Assembly: GCA_015520105.1 (NCBI GenBank)
Contig: WAQT01000033.1
Coordinates: 1-39,598, forward strand
DNA: 39,598 bases
Direction of reading: 5' to 3'
Source: Candidatus Aenigmatarchaeota archaeon
Lineage (GTDB): Archaea > Aenigmatarchaeota > Aenigmatarchaeia > QMZP01
Of this stretch, positions 28,523 through 36,847 are shown in pieces. Made by a program: the position numbers and the translations under genes. The notes beneath the pieces were generated by a model. The model saw only the letters and a program-made list of their open reading frames with translations. It made no database searches and was not told the DNA's origin. Each line of letters opens with the position of its first letter. Position 1 is the first letter of the stretch.

Positions 28523-30352
28523 CTACACTTCCTCCACTTCAAGGTTTGTCATCACTCCCATTGACATCATCTCGTCAAGCGTGAGTTTGAATGCATAAGC
28601 AGTCTCAACCCATGCGACCTCTGTAGACTTGCAGTGAGCGCATGTGCTCTTGTTCTTGACCACGTCGTGTATCGCCATCATCCCGCACTTCTTGCATATC
28701 GGTATCATCGTCTTGTCCGAATCGAACCTCTCCTTGAGAACGAGGGCTGCGCCATGACCAACAAGGCATTGCTGCTCCATCTCTCCAAGACGCAGGCCTC
28801 CCCTCTTCGCGCGCCCCTCTGTCGGCTGCCTCGTGAGGAGGGTAACAGGCCCCCTTGACCTTGCGTGTATCTTGTCAGCGACCATGTGGTCAAGCTTCAT
28901 GTAGTAGGAGAGTCCTGTGAAAATCATAACCTCGTATTTCTTTCCTGTCCTGCCGTCATAGAGCGTTTGCTTCCCGTCGTCTCGGAAACCGAGACTCTTC
29001 ATCAGCTTCCTTATTTCAGGTTCCTTCATGTGATTGAAAGCGGACGCATCAATGTCCTTTCCGGAAAGCGCGCGAGCCTTTCCTGCAAGGAGTTCAAGAA
29101 GCTGGCCCACTGTCATCCTCGAGGGTATGGCGTGCGGATTGAATATCAGGTCCGGTATCACGCCGTCGGATGTGAAGGGCATGTCCTCCTGTGGAACGAG
29201 AAGGCTTATTATTCCCTTCTGGCCGTGGCGGGATGCAAGCTTGTCCCCTATCTCGGGTATCCTCTGGTCCCTTATCCTTATCTTCAGGAGCTGGTAGGCG
29301 TCGGTGGTTTCTGTTATGAAGACCTCGTCCACTATTCCCGACTCTCCGTATCTGACAGTCATGGAAGTCTCTCTCTTGTTCTCTATTCCCGTTGCAAAGT
29401 CCTCTCCCGAAAGGAATCTTAGAGGCGATGTCTTTCCGACAAGAACAGAGTCCGAACTCACTGGAGTCTCGGGGTTTATTATGCCGTCCTCAGCAAGCTC
29501 CCTGTAGGCATCCTCCCCCCTGTGGCCCCTTATTCCCGGCTCGGGTATCGCTATCTCGTCCTCCTGTCCTCCCCAGTATTTCTTCTTCACGGTTTCGTAT
29601 GTCCTGAAGTAGTATGACCTGAACAGGCCCCTGTCCACAGAGGACTTGTTGAGAACTATGGCATCGTTCATATTGTAGCCGTCGTAGCACATCACTGCAA
29701 TAACGATGTTCTGGCCTCCCGGATACTCGTCCATTATCGTGCTTATGTCCGCCTGTATGAGAGGGAGCTGGGGATAAACCATGGCGTTGTATTTGGTGTC
29801 CGTCCGCGCAAGGAAATTCTTCATGGGAATTCCTATCGCCTGACCCACCATCTTGGCCCCGTAGTTTATCCTGTCTCCCCTGTTGTATTCCATGTAAGGT
29901 ATGAGGGACGCGGATATTCCGAGAATCACTACAGGGTCAAGCTCGACATGGGTGTGGTCTTTTGTGATGTCCTCCTCCCTGAGGGCTATGTAAGCGTTCT
30001 CTTCCTCCTCTGCGTCAAGATACTCCACGATGCCCTGCTGTATCAGATAGTTCCAGTTTATCTTTCCTGAAGCAAGCTTGTCCTTGAGTTCCTGGGTGAA
30101 TTTCGACTTTCCGTTCTCAACGATGACAAGGGGCCTTCTGGCCCTTCCGTGCACTGTGTTTATCACAACATCCTCAAATTCCGGGAAGTATGCGATATTG
30201 ACCTCGTGTGATATGAGATTATTTCTTCTCTTCTTTCTAATTGCCTCCACAAACTTCTCAGGCTCCTTTATGCGGGCCACGAGCTTTCCGTTCAGGTAGA
30301 CGCTCGCTTCCCGCGGTTTCTGAACTTCCTTTCTGGTTCTTTTCCCGTTCAT
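28523..30352 (-). CDS. rpoB1: RNA polymerase subunit B' (Rpo2C)
   Basis: GYNMNDA, GDKLASRHGQKG, NPHAIPSRMT, LTRQPTEGR, GGLRLGEME, C-terminal zinc ribbon. Confidence 0.97.
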   Translation of the reverse strand: MNGKRTRKEVQKPREASVYLNGKLVARIKEPEKFVEAIRKKRRNNLISHEVNIAYFPEFEDVVINTVHGRARRPLVIVENGKSKFTQELKDKLASGKINWNYLIQQGIVEYLDAEEEENAYIALREEDITKDHTHVELDPVVILGISASLIPYMEYNRGDRINYGAKMVGQAIGIPMKNFLARTDTKYNAMVYPQLPLIQADISTIMDEYPGGQNIVIAVMCYDGYNMNDAIVLNKSSVDRGLFRSYYFRTYETVKKKYWGGQEDEIAIPEPGIRGHRGEDAYRELAEDGIINPETPVSSDSVLVGKTSPLRFLSGEDFATGIENKRETSMTVRYGESGIVDEVFITETTDAYQLLKIRIRDQRIPEIGDKLASRHGQKGIISLLVPQEDMPFTSDGVIPDLIFNPHAIPSRMTVGQLLELLAGKARALSGKDIDASAFNHMKEPEIRKLMKSLGFRDDGKQTLYDGRTGKKYEVMIFTGLSYYMKLDHMVADKIHARSRGPVTLLTRQPTEGRAKRGGLRLGEMEQQCLVGHGAALVLKERFDSDKTMIPICKKCGMMAIHDVVKNKSTCAHCKSTEVAWVETAYAFKLTLDEMMSMGVMTNLEVEEV

Positions 30353-30353
30353 T

Positions 30354-31814
30354 CTATCCCTTGCTTATCATGGACTCTATCTTGGCGTTCTCGGCCGGGC
30401 TGAGGCCTGTTGTTATCTCAACCATCATTGAGAGATGCTTTCTGAGACCTATGCTTGACCCCTCGGGCGTCTCCGCCGGGCAGAGCCTTCCCCACTCCGT
30501 GGGGTGTATCTGCCTTGCCTTGAAATGCTCCTGCGTCGATGTCAGCGGAGAAACTATCGACCTTAAGTGGGAGACGGTCTTTATGTAAGACGACCTGTCA
30601 AGCCTCTGCGAGACCCCTGACCTCCCTCCTATCCAGTTCCCTGTCGCAAGGCTCGAGACTATCTGCTTTGTGACTGCATTCGCCTCTATTATGCCCTGGA
30701 TTGAGGGCGTCTTTCCCCTCTTCACTATCTTCTGGTAATTGTAGTTCATTTTCGCTATGAGACCCCATCTTCCAAGCAGTATGGACCTGAAAAGCTGTCC
30801 GAGAAGCTCCCCCGACATCAGGAGTCGCTTGTTTCCGTAATGGTCTATGTCGTCCTCTGGTATCATTCCGAGCGAGAGTTTTATAATGTTCCTGACGATT
30901 TTCGCTATCATATCCGCCTTTTCCCTCCTGTCGCTCGTCTCCTGTCCTATGTGAGGAAGAAGGTATTTGTCAAGAATCTGGTTCACCCTTTCTGTCCTGT
31001 AGTCTTCGGAAAGCCTGAGCTTCTTTCCTATGTTCTCTATCGCTTCTTCAGCTGTCAGCACAGTGGACTGGTAGAGGTTTATGTAGAGTTCGTTCAGTAT
31101 TCTGGGATTCTGTGAAATCCTGTCGCATATCTCCTTGTCAGTCTCAAGGCCGAGGGCCTTCATTATCGTTATCACGGAGAGCTTCTTGATGTTCGCAAAG
31201 GATATCGTAATCTCTCCGTCCGGTTTTCTCTCGAACACATGCCTCTGCTTGAATCCTGATCTCTCTGAGTTCAGCCTCACGCTTATGCTGCCGTCCTCCT
31301 GCTTCTCGAATATCGGTTTATTAGATGCAATCTCCTCAACGAGAACAAGAACCCTCTCGGTTCCGTTCACTATGAAATACCCTCCCGGGTCGTCCGGGTC
31401 TTCGCCTTTCTCTATGAGTTCCTTTTTTGAGAGGCCGTACGTGGAGCATATTGATGAACCTACCATCACAGGAAGGTTTCCTATGTGAACGTTCTCGGTC
31501 TTCTCCTCGACTCCGTTCTGTATAGAAGTTGCCTCAATATAGATAGGGGCCGCATAGGTGAGGTTTCTTATTCTTGCCTCATTGGGAAATATCTGCCTCG
31601 TAGAACCGTCCGCTTCCTTTATTATGGGCTTCCCGATGCTCACCTTTCCGAACTTCAGGCGGTAGTCGCCTATCTCCGGATTCATCTCTATGGTCTCTAT
31701 TTCGTTTATAATGTTCTGAAGCCCGTAATCCACGAACTGGTTGAACGAGTTGATCTGGAAGTCAACCCATCCTCTTTCTCTTTCTATTGCCCTGAATACG
31801 GATTTGAACCCCAT
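30354..31814 (-). CDS. rpoB2: RNA polymerase subunit B'' (Rpo2N)
   Basis: EARIRNLTY, DPGGYFIVNG, DDIDHYGNKR, GRLCPAETPEG; SD GGTGA. Confidence 0.97.
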   Translation of the reverse strand: MGFKSVFRAIERERGWVDFQINSFNQFVDYGLQNIINEIETIEMNPEIGDYRLKFGKVSIGKPIIKEADGSTRQIFPNEARIRNLTYAAPIYIEATSIQNGVEEKTENVHIGNLPVMVGSSICSTYGLSKKELIEKGEDPDDPGGYFIVNGTERVLVLVEEIASNKPIFEKQEDGSISVRLNSERSGFKQRHVFERKPDGEITISFANIKKLSVITIMKALGLETDKEICDRISQNPRILNELYINLYQSTVLTAEEAIENIGKKLRLSEDYRTERVNQILDKYLLPHIGQETSDRREKADMIAKIVRNIIKLSLGMIPEDDIDHYGNKRLLMSGELLGQLFRSILLGRWGLIAKMNYNYQKIVKRGKTPSIQGIIEANAVTKQIVSSLATGNWIGGRSGVSQRLDRSSYIKTVSHLRSIVSPLTSTQEHFKARQIHPTEWGRLCPAETPEGSSIGLRKHLSMMVEITTGLSPAENAKIESMISKG

Positions 31815-31827
31815 TCTTCACCTGCAG

Positions 31828-32064
31828 CTATTCCACAACAACCCTGTAGTATACAGATTCCCCGGCTGTCGGGGAGTTTCTTGTTATCTTTATGATATCG
31901 CCCTTCTTTGCATCCAGATGCCTTATCGCCGGGTCGTTAAGAAATATCTTAGGGAGATGTTTTTCAGTGACTCCGAGTCTTTCAAGAAGCTTCTCCTTCT
32001 CCTCCTTTGAGAGAAGTTCGTGTTTCGGAACAAGCTCGTGTTTTGTGATGTCTATATCCTTTAT
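31828..32064 (-). CDS. rpoH: RNA polymerase subunit H (Rpo5), putative ATA start
   Basis: Absent from the ORF track; manual translation (I/M)KDIDITKHELVPKHELLS...LPKIFLNDPA...GDIIKITRNSPTAGESVYYRVVVE; first gene of the rpo operon. Confidence 0.93.
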   Translation of the reverse strand: MKDIDITKHELVPKHELLSKEEKEKLLERLGVTEKHLPKIFLNDPAIRHLDAKKGDIIKITRNSPTAGESVYYRVVVE

Positions 32065-32245
32065 GATATCACCCGGGGTGAGTGTTTAACAGATGCCCGC
32101 AGCCGAAGGGCAGGTAAAATGACCATTCAAATATGTTACATGTATTTAAATAATTATCCCAAGACACAAGCATTATTTTGAGTTTCATATATATAAATCT
32201 TACTTTTAACTCGTTCATTAGGGTTAAATTATAATATGTGGAAAC

Positions 32246-33235
32246 ATGGGAGATTCTGCTTACCTTCAAAACGGGAGGCCGAACGGGTTTCCCATATTCT
32301 TCAGCGCCGCAGGAAAAAAAGCAAAGAAGGAGATTCCTGTCTACATGTCCGGTGAGATAGAATCAATCGACCCGGAGTTCTTTGATAAGGCAAGCGAGAT
32401 CAGCAGGAAGGTTATAGAGGACCAGAACTCCAGATGGGAATATGCAGTGAAGAATCCTGCTCACATGTTCGACCACGACGCAAGAAGCTTTGTGAACGGA
32501 GTCGTTGTCTCGCTTGGAAGGAACGGGTTCAGCAGGAACTCTGTCGAGACAGCAAAAAGGGTATCGTACGCTCTTCTGCTCCATGACTGCAGAAAAGGTT
32601 CGTACGATGAGGAAGGAAGGGATGTTCATGGAAAGAAGGCGGCTGAGTTTGCTGATAAGATTCTCTCAGGCTATGCTATTGAAGACGAGATAAGGGATGG
32701 AATAATATCGCTCGTGTCCAGGCACGAGTCGTTCAAGCTAGAGTCCGGGATGTGGAAAAGGCTTCTCATGAGGACAGGCATTCTCAGAAAGGATGAGGAG
32801 CTTTTTGCCACAGCTGACGTCCTTGACAGGATTTACAGGGACAGGATATTCATCGCTGCGTACAATGCAATAAGGAAGAGGAGAGAACGCAACAAAGGCT
32901 ATGGCATAGAAGATTTCATGAAGGAAAAATGGTTCTTCGGTCACGGGCCGGAAGATGATATATTCATCGATAAGGAAGGCGATAAGAGAAGCGAGCTTCT
33001 TACAGTGTTCGATGACGATGTCAGGGAAACAATTCGCATATATAAGAACATGGAAGAGCTGGGAGAAGATGTTCTTGGGAAGGAGGTTGATGAATGCGTC
33101 AACCGCATACTTTCTGAGAACATGAATTACGACCCTGAAGGTTTTGATATGAAAGGGTTCTACGACTCCATGGTATCAGACCATTTCCTGAGGTATCCGC
33201 TGTTCGTCAGGGGCAGGGATCGGAAACAGCCCTGA
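32246..33235 (+). CDS. HD-domain protein
   Basis: H...LLLHDCRK...HGKKAA...RH...ADVLD; true start may be ATG 32345. Confidence 0.75.
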   Translation: MGDSAYLQNGRPNGFPIFFSAAGKKAKKEIPVYMSGEIESIDPEFFDKASEISRKVIEDQNSRWEYAVKNPAHMFDHDARSFVNGVVVSLGRNGFSRNSVETAKRVSYALLLHDCRKGSYDEEGRDVHGKKAAEFADKILSGYAIEDEIRDGIISLVSRHESFKLESGMWKRLLMRTGILRKDEELFATADVLDRIYRDRIFIAAYNAIRKRRERNKGYGIEDFMKEKWFFGHGPEDDIFIDKEGDKRSELLTVFDDDVRETIRIYKNMEELGEDVLGKEVDECVNRILSENMNYDPEGFDMKGFYDSMVSDHFLRYPLFVRGRDRKQP

Positions 33236-33623
33236 ACTTTATGAAGGACTCGTCGTTCCTGAGTTCGTCAAACCCGGAGTCATGCTCCTTAAGATATCTT
33301 TCGGCGCTCCTTATCATAGAGACAAGAGGCTTTATATAATCGCTCTTCAGTTTAGCGTTGAGCCATGCAAGGTTCCTGAATTCATCGCTCTCATAATCAA
33401 GCGAGCATATTTTCTTGTTAACCCTTCCTTTCAGAAGCTCAAAACGGACGCATGCGTTGCTTGCTATGAGGAAGACGTGACCGTAATACTGAGTTGCGCT
33501 GTCATGCACGCCTTCCTTCTCGCTCCTTATGGCCCTGTCAAAAAGGCAGTGGCTCTCGTCATAGAGATTTCTGGCGTCAAGAAATTCCTTCCTGTATTCC
33601 TCGAAATCCGTCAGAATGTCCAT
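33207..33623 (-). CDS. Hypothetical protein
   Basis: 138-aa helical ORF downstream of the TrmB gene; overlaps the HD gene 3' end by 29 nt. Confidence 0.55.
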   Translation of the reverse strand: MDILTDFEEYRKEFLDARNLYDESHCLFDRAIRSEKEGVHDSATQYYGHVFLIASNACVRFELLKGRVNKKICSLDYESDEFRNLAWLNAKLKSDYIKPLVSMIRSAERYLKEHDSGFDELRNDESFIKFRAVSDPCP

Positions 33624-33653
33624 TATTAGAATCTCGGAGAAAGGTTTTTATTC

Positions 33654-34475
33654 CTATTTCAGCGTCTTTTCGGGGTTCTCTCCCCTCCACCAGAAGCTGT
33701 CGTAATAAGAGCGGAACATCCTGACGAGTATCGGGTTTCCTGTGACGAGGCACTGATAGGAGAAAAGCTCATCGCTCCCCGGTTTTCCGTAGTAATCCTT
33801 CTCGTTCACTCCCGGCTTCGGTATCTTGGAGACCAGATAGAGGAGCTTTCCGTCTATCATCGCTCCCATCAGCCCTTTCATCTCCCAGCCGCGGACCTTT
33901 ATTCCAGAGGAGAGGGCCTTTTTTGCCGTGTTCATGGTGTGCTCGTTCAGGTTTATCAGTATCTTCACAGTCCTTCCGCTCCTGCATGTGAGCGATTTCT
34001 CTATCCTGTCGTACCAGCTCAGGTCGTCGCTGAACACCAGTATCTCCCTTTTTGCCTTTCTCATGACCTCGTTTATTTTGGCCAGTATGTTCTCCCTTCC
34101 ATTCAGAATCCACACGGTCTCGGTCTCCTCCTCAAGCGGGTTGTCTGGCGGCGCAGGAACGGAATCCTTTATCCTTTTGATTATCTCCGACGACTTCTCG
34201 AGCTCCCTCTCCATCTTCCTTCTCTTCTCATCGAGAATGTTCCTCAGGGAATCAACAGATATTATGCTGTATTTCTTCGGCCTGCTTTTCTGGACTATCA
34301 CGAGACCTCTCTTCTCAAGGCTGTCCAGCGTCTCGTAAACCCGTGTCACGGGTATGCCTGATAACTTGCTCACCGCATCGGCAGTGCTTGTCCCGTTCTT
34401 CAGGAGCGTCAGCCATGCCTTTGCTTCATACTCCTTCATTCCGATTTCCCTGAGAAGCGGCTCTATGTCTTTCAT
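33654..34475 (-). CDS. TrmB family transcriptional regulator
   Basis: IGMKEYEAKAWLTLL...SGIPVTRVYETLDSLEKRGLV...SRPKKY wHTH, coiled coil and C-terminal PLD-like sensing domain. Confidence 0.9.
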   Translation of the reverse strand: MKDIEPLLREIGMKEYEAKAWLTLLKNGTSTADAVSKLSGIPVTRVYETLDSLEKRGLVIVQKSRPKKYSIISVDSLRNILDEKRRKMERELEKSSEIIKRIKDSVPAPPDNPLEEETETVWILNGRENILAKINEVMRKAKREILVFSDDLSWYDRIEKSLTCRSGRTVKILINLNEHTMNTAKKALSSGIKVRGWEMKGLMGAMIDGKLLYLVSKIPKPGVNEKDYYGKPGSDELFSYQCLVTGNPILVRMFRSYYDSFWWRGENPEKTLK

Positions 34476-34501
34476 ACAATCCGCCGTTAATCCGTTGGTT
34501 A

Positions 34502-34804
34502 TGAGCCCGGAGGGATTCCCGTTTCATGGTTTAACCCGTTTATAGGTTAACCATGCCGCATGTCCATTTGCTGCATGTTTTTGCTCCACCGCTTTTTGAA
34601 GAAGGCGGAAGCCTCTCGTAAAAAGCGGTGTTTCGAACCCTCGACACCCGGGTTTCTTCTGTCATCGAGCCCTTTGCGGGACTTTCCCTGCGGAAGCGTC
34701 TCTCCGAAAGGCTCTTCACACGCTTTTAATGACATTAAAAGCTTCACCCGGCGGCTTCGCTCGAAGCCCTGTCCGGTGCTCTAACCAGACTGAGCTACGG
34801 GCCC
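34502..34804 (-). tRNA. tRNA-Lys(UUU) with three introns (30/31, 37/38, 59/60)
   Basis: Exons 34804-34773, 34742-34736, 34653-34632 and 34515-34502 join into a 75-nt cloverleaf GGGCCCGTAGCTCAGTCTGGTTAGAGCACCGGGCTTTTAACCCGGGTGTCGAGGGTTCGAATCCCTCCGGGCTCA; BHB-like junctions. Confidence 0.88.
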
Positions 34805-34835
34805 ATAAAGACGCATGACCGCGGCACAGCCGGCA

Positions 34836-35068
34836 CGCCCTGGGCGGGATTTCCCTCTACACTATCCGGTAACCGGTGTCCGGTTAACCTCAATTAAAGG
34901 GGATGATAGTGCGGTAAGAAGGGGAAATGTGTTCCCCTTCTTGCGCTTCGAACCCGCGTCCTGGGAGTTCAGCAAACCTTTCGGAAGGCGGAAGCCTCCT
35001 TTTTGATGAAACTTTTTTCCAAAAAGTTTCTGACAGTCCCAGATGCTAGGCCACTACACTACCAGAGC
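34836..35068 (-). tRNA. tRNA-Asp(GUC) with two introns (37/38, ~59/60)
   Basis: Exons 35068-35031, 34967-34947 and 34849-34836 join into a 73-nt cloverleaf: acceptor GCTCTGG/CCAGGGC, anticodon arm TGGGA-CT-GTC-AC-TCCCA, T arm GCGGG-TTCGAAT-CCCGC. Confidence 0.88.
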
Positions 35069-35234
35069 TTTCGCGGTCCGCGGCCCGCGTCGCCTATTAA
35101 TAGGCGTTCCGGTATTTAAAGGTATCCGGCGTATTTATAAAATTAACTGGGCTAACCGGTTACCGGTTAATTCATTCTGCATCAGGTTTGCCTGCCGGAG
35201 CCAAACCATTTATTAACAGGCCCGAATTATATTC

Positions 35235-36089
35235 ATGCTGTTCTGGATTCTTCTCTCCATCGGCATTGCGGGCTTCGGTCTTGCGGCCTACTGGGACCTG
35301 AAGACCACGGAATTCCCGGACTGGCTTCCGTACTCCATGATAGGCCTTGGCCTCGGAGCAAGAGTCGTCTTCTCCCTCCTGACAGGAGAGTGGCGGTTTC
35401 TTGTCAACTCCATGGTGTTCGGCCTCGCGTTCCTGGGAATGGGCCTTGCGATGTATTTCATGAGGCAGTGGGGAGACGGGGACGCGTGGCTTCTCGGAGC
35501 GCTCGGGTTTTTGTTCCCGGACAGCGCCGGCTATTCCATCCCGCACGCCGGGCTGACAGCGCAATTTCCCTTCCCTCTAGTTCTGCTCTTCAACTTCTTC
35601 ATCACAGCGTTCTGCTACCTGATAGCTTATTCCATCGCTCTCGGAGCGAAGAACCGAAAAAAGACAAGAAAATTCCTCTCTGAACTCAGGAGCGGTCTCA
35701 AAGGAATACTATCCATAGTTGCCCTGTTCACAGTCGCCTCCACGGTTGTTGTCCTCTACCTCTCTCTCTTCCTTCGCGCAGGCCTGAATGCAACGCTCCC
35801 CATTCTCCTGTTTCCCGGGCTTGTGTTTTTCATGACAGTGTTCATGCGCTACGGAAGGTTCGTGGAGGCCAACCTGTTCAGAAAGAGGATTCCGGTCGGA
35901 AGGCTCAGGCCCGGCGACGTCCTCGTATCGGACAGGTGGAGGGGAATCACGGAGAAGGAGATCGAGAAGCTCAGGAGGAAGGGAGGCCACGTCTGGATAA
36001 AGGAGGGAGTCCGGTTCGCTCCGGTCTTCCTGATAACGATTCTGGTAACGCTGTTTTACGGAAACCTGATGGGGATGTTTCTGATATAG
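35235..36089 (+). CDS. A24 family prepilin/prearchaellin peptidase
   Basis: AYWDLKTTEFPD (first catalytic Asp), WGDGDAWLL (second Asp), C-terminal VRFAPVFL. Confidence 0.88.
   Translation: MLFWILLSIGIAGFGLAAYWDLKTTEFPDWLPYSMIGLGLGARVVFSLLTGEWRFLVNSMVFGLAFLGMGLAMYFMRQWGDGDAWLLGALGFLFPDSAGYSIPHAGLTAQFPFPLVLLFNFFITAFCYLIAYSIALGAKNRKKTRKFLSELRSGLKGILSIVALFTVASTVVVLYLSLFLRAGLNATLPILLFPGLVFFMTVFMRYGRFVEANLFRKRIPVGRLRPGDVLVSDRWRGITEKEIEKLRRKGGHVWIKEGVRFAPVFLITILVTLFYGNLMGMFLI
36025..36074 (+). repeat. 50-bp direct repeat, copy 1 (inside the peptidase 3' end)
   Basis: TCTTCCTGATAACGATTCTGGTAACGCTGTTTTACGGAAACCTGATGGGG, identical to 36848-36897. Confidence 0.92.
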
Positions 36090-36132
36090 TTGTCATGGTG
36101 TATTGCAGTCTGATTGCATACATGTACCCAGA

Positions 36133-36459
36133 TTACGTCAAAACCAGGCCGTCTTTAAGTGCCTGGCTGACAATTGATACCTGTCTGCTTTTTCTTGAGA
36201 ACTCTTCCGGAGTGAGGCAGATAAAATCTACAGGATAATCCAGATTCCAGTTTTTGTGCAGACCTATACCCCTTTTGAACATTTTCTTTCCCCTAAAGGA
36301 ATCGCTCACCACTATCAGGTCTATATCGCTGTCCTTTCCGAAATCGCCTGAAACAAGGGAGCCGAACACTATTATTTTATCTATTTTCAATTCCTTTGAG
36401 GTTTTTTCTCTGAACTCCTTTATTTTCTCTATTATTTCTCTAGTTTTTTCCTTACCCAT
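36133..36459 (-). CDS. Minimal nucleotidyltransferase (MNT antitoxin)
   Basis: IIVFGSLVSG...SDIDLIVVS...PVDFICLTPEEF. Confidence 0.9.
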   Translation of the reverse strand: MGKEKTREIIEKIKEFREKTSKELKIDKIIVFGSLVSGDFGKDSDIDLIVVSDSFRGKKMFKRGIGLHKNWNLDYPVDFICLTPEEFSRKSRQVSIVSQALKDGLVLT

Positions 36460-36797
36460 TCGATTACCCCTCTGCTGTCAGACACGGCTTCTTTTGCGTC
36501 TTCCTCCGAATATTCATCTTCTACATCTACAGGATATCTTGTTGCAACATAGTGTTGTGTTAATCTGTCGCACATGTCAATAACATTCTTTGGTGCAGAT
36601 AGTTTCTGGGAAAGCTTCACAAGGTCATGGGTTCTCCACAACTCTTTGAATCTGAGAATGTAAAGCGCCTTTAGAGCCTTCTCTGCGGCCTGCTGTGAGA
36701 GGAAAGCAGCAACATCAAATCTTTTTCCCTTAAGATTATAGACCGCCGACTCTATATCGCTTTCAGCCTTCCTCATCCATGCATTGATTTCTTCCAT
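36432..36797 (-). CDS. HEPN domain protein (COG2250 type)
   Basis: W..KAESD, AAFLSQQAAEKALKA, THDL, YVATRYP; overlaps the MNT start. Confidence 0.9.
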   Translation of the reverse strand: MEEINAWMRKAESDIESAVYNLKGKRFDVAAFLSQQAAEKALKALYILRFKELWRTHDLVKLSQKLSAPKNVIDMCDRLTQHYVATRYPVDVEDEYSEEDAKEAVSDSRGVIEWVRKKLEK

Positions 36798-36847
36798 GCA
36801 GATTAATTCTTTTTTATTTATTAAATATCTAGTCGGGGTTCGCCCGA

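Noticed and set aside
24780-31814. Split RpoB and RpoA subunits; possible inteins in RNAP, MCM or Lhr
   Set aside because: The splits are standard in many archaea, and protein lengths leave no room for inteins
32110-32255. AT-rich gap with GTGGAAACATGGG resembling half an ORB, as a possible replication origin
   Set aside because: Only one partial match, no repeated ORBs and no cdc6; divergent promoters explain the AT richness
34547-35006. Short ORFs (63-74 aa) across the tRNA cluster, considered as intron-encoded proteins
   Set aside because: They cross exon-intron boundaries, lack motifs, and the introns are too short for homing endonucleases
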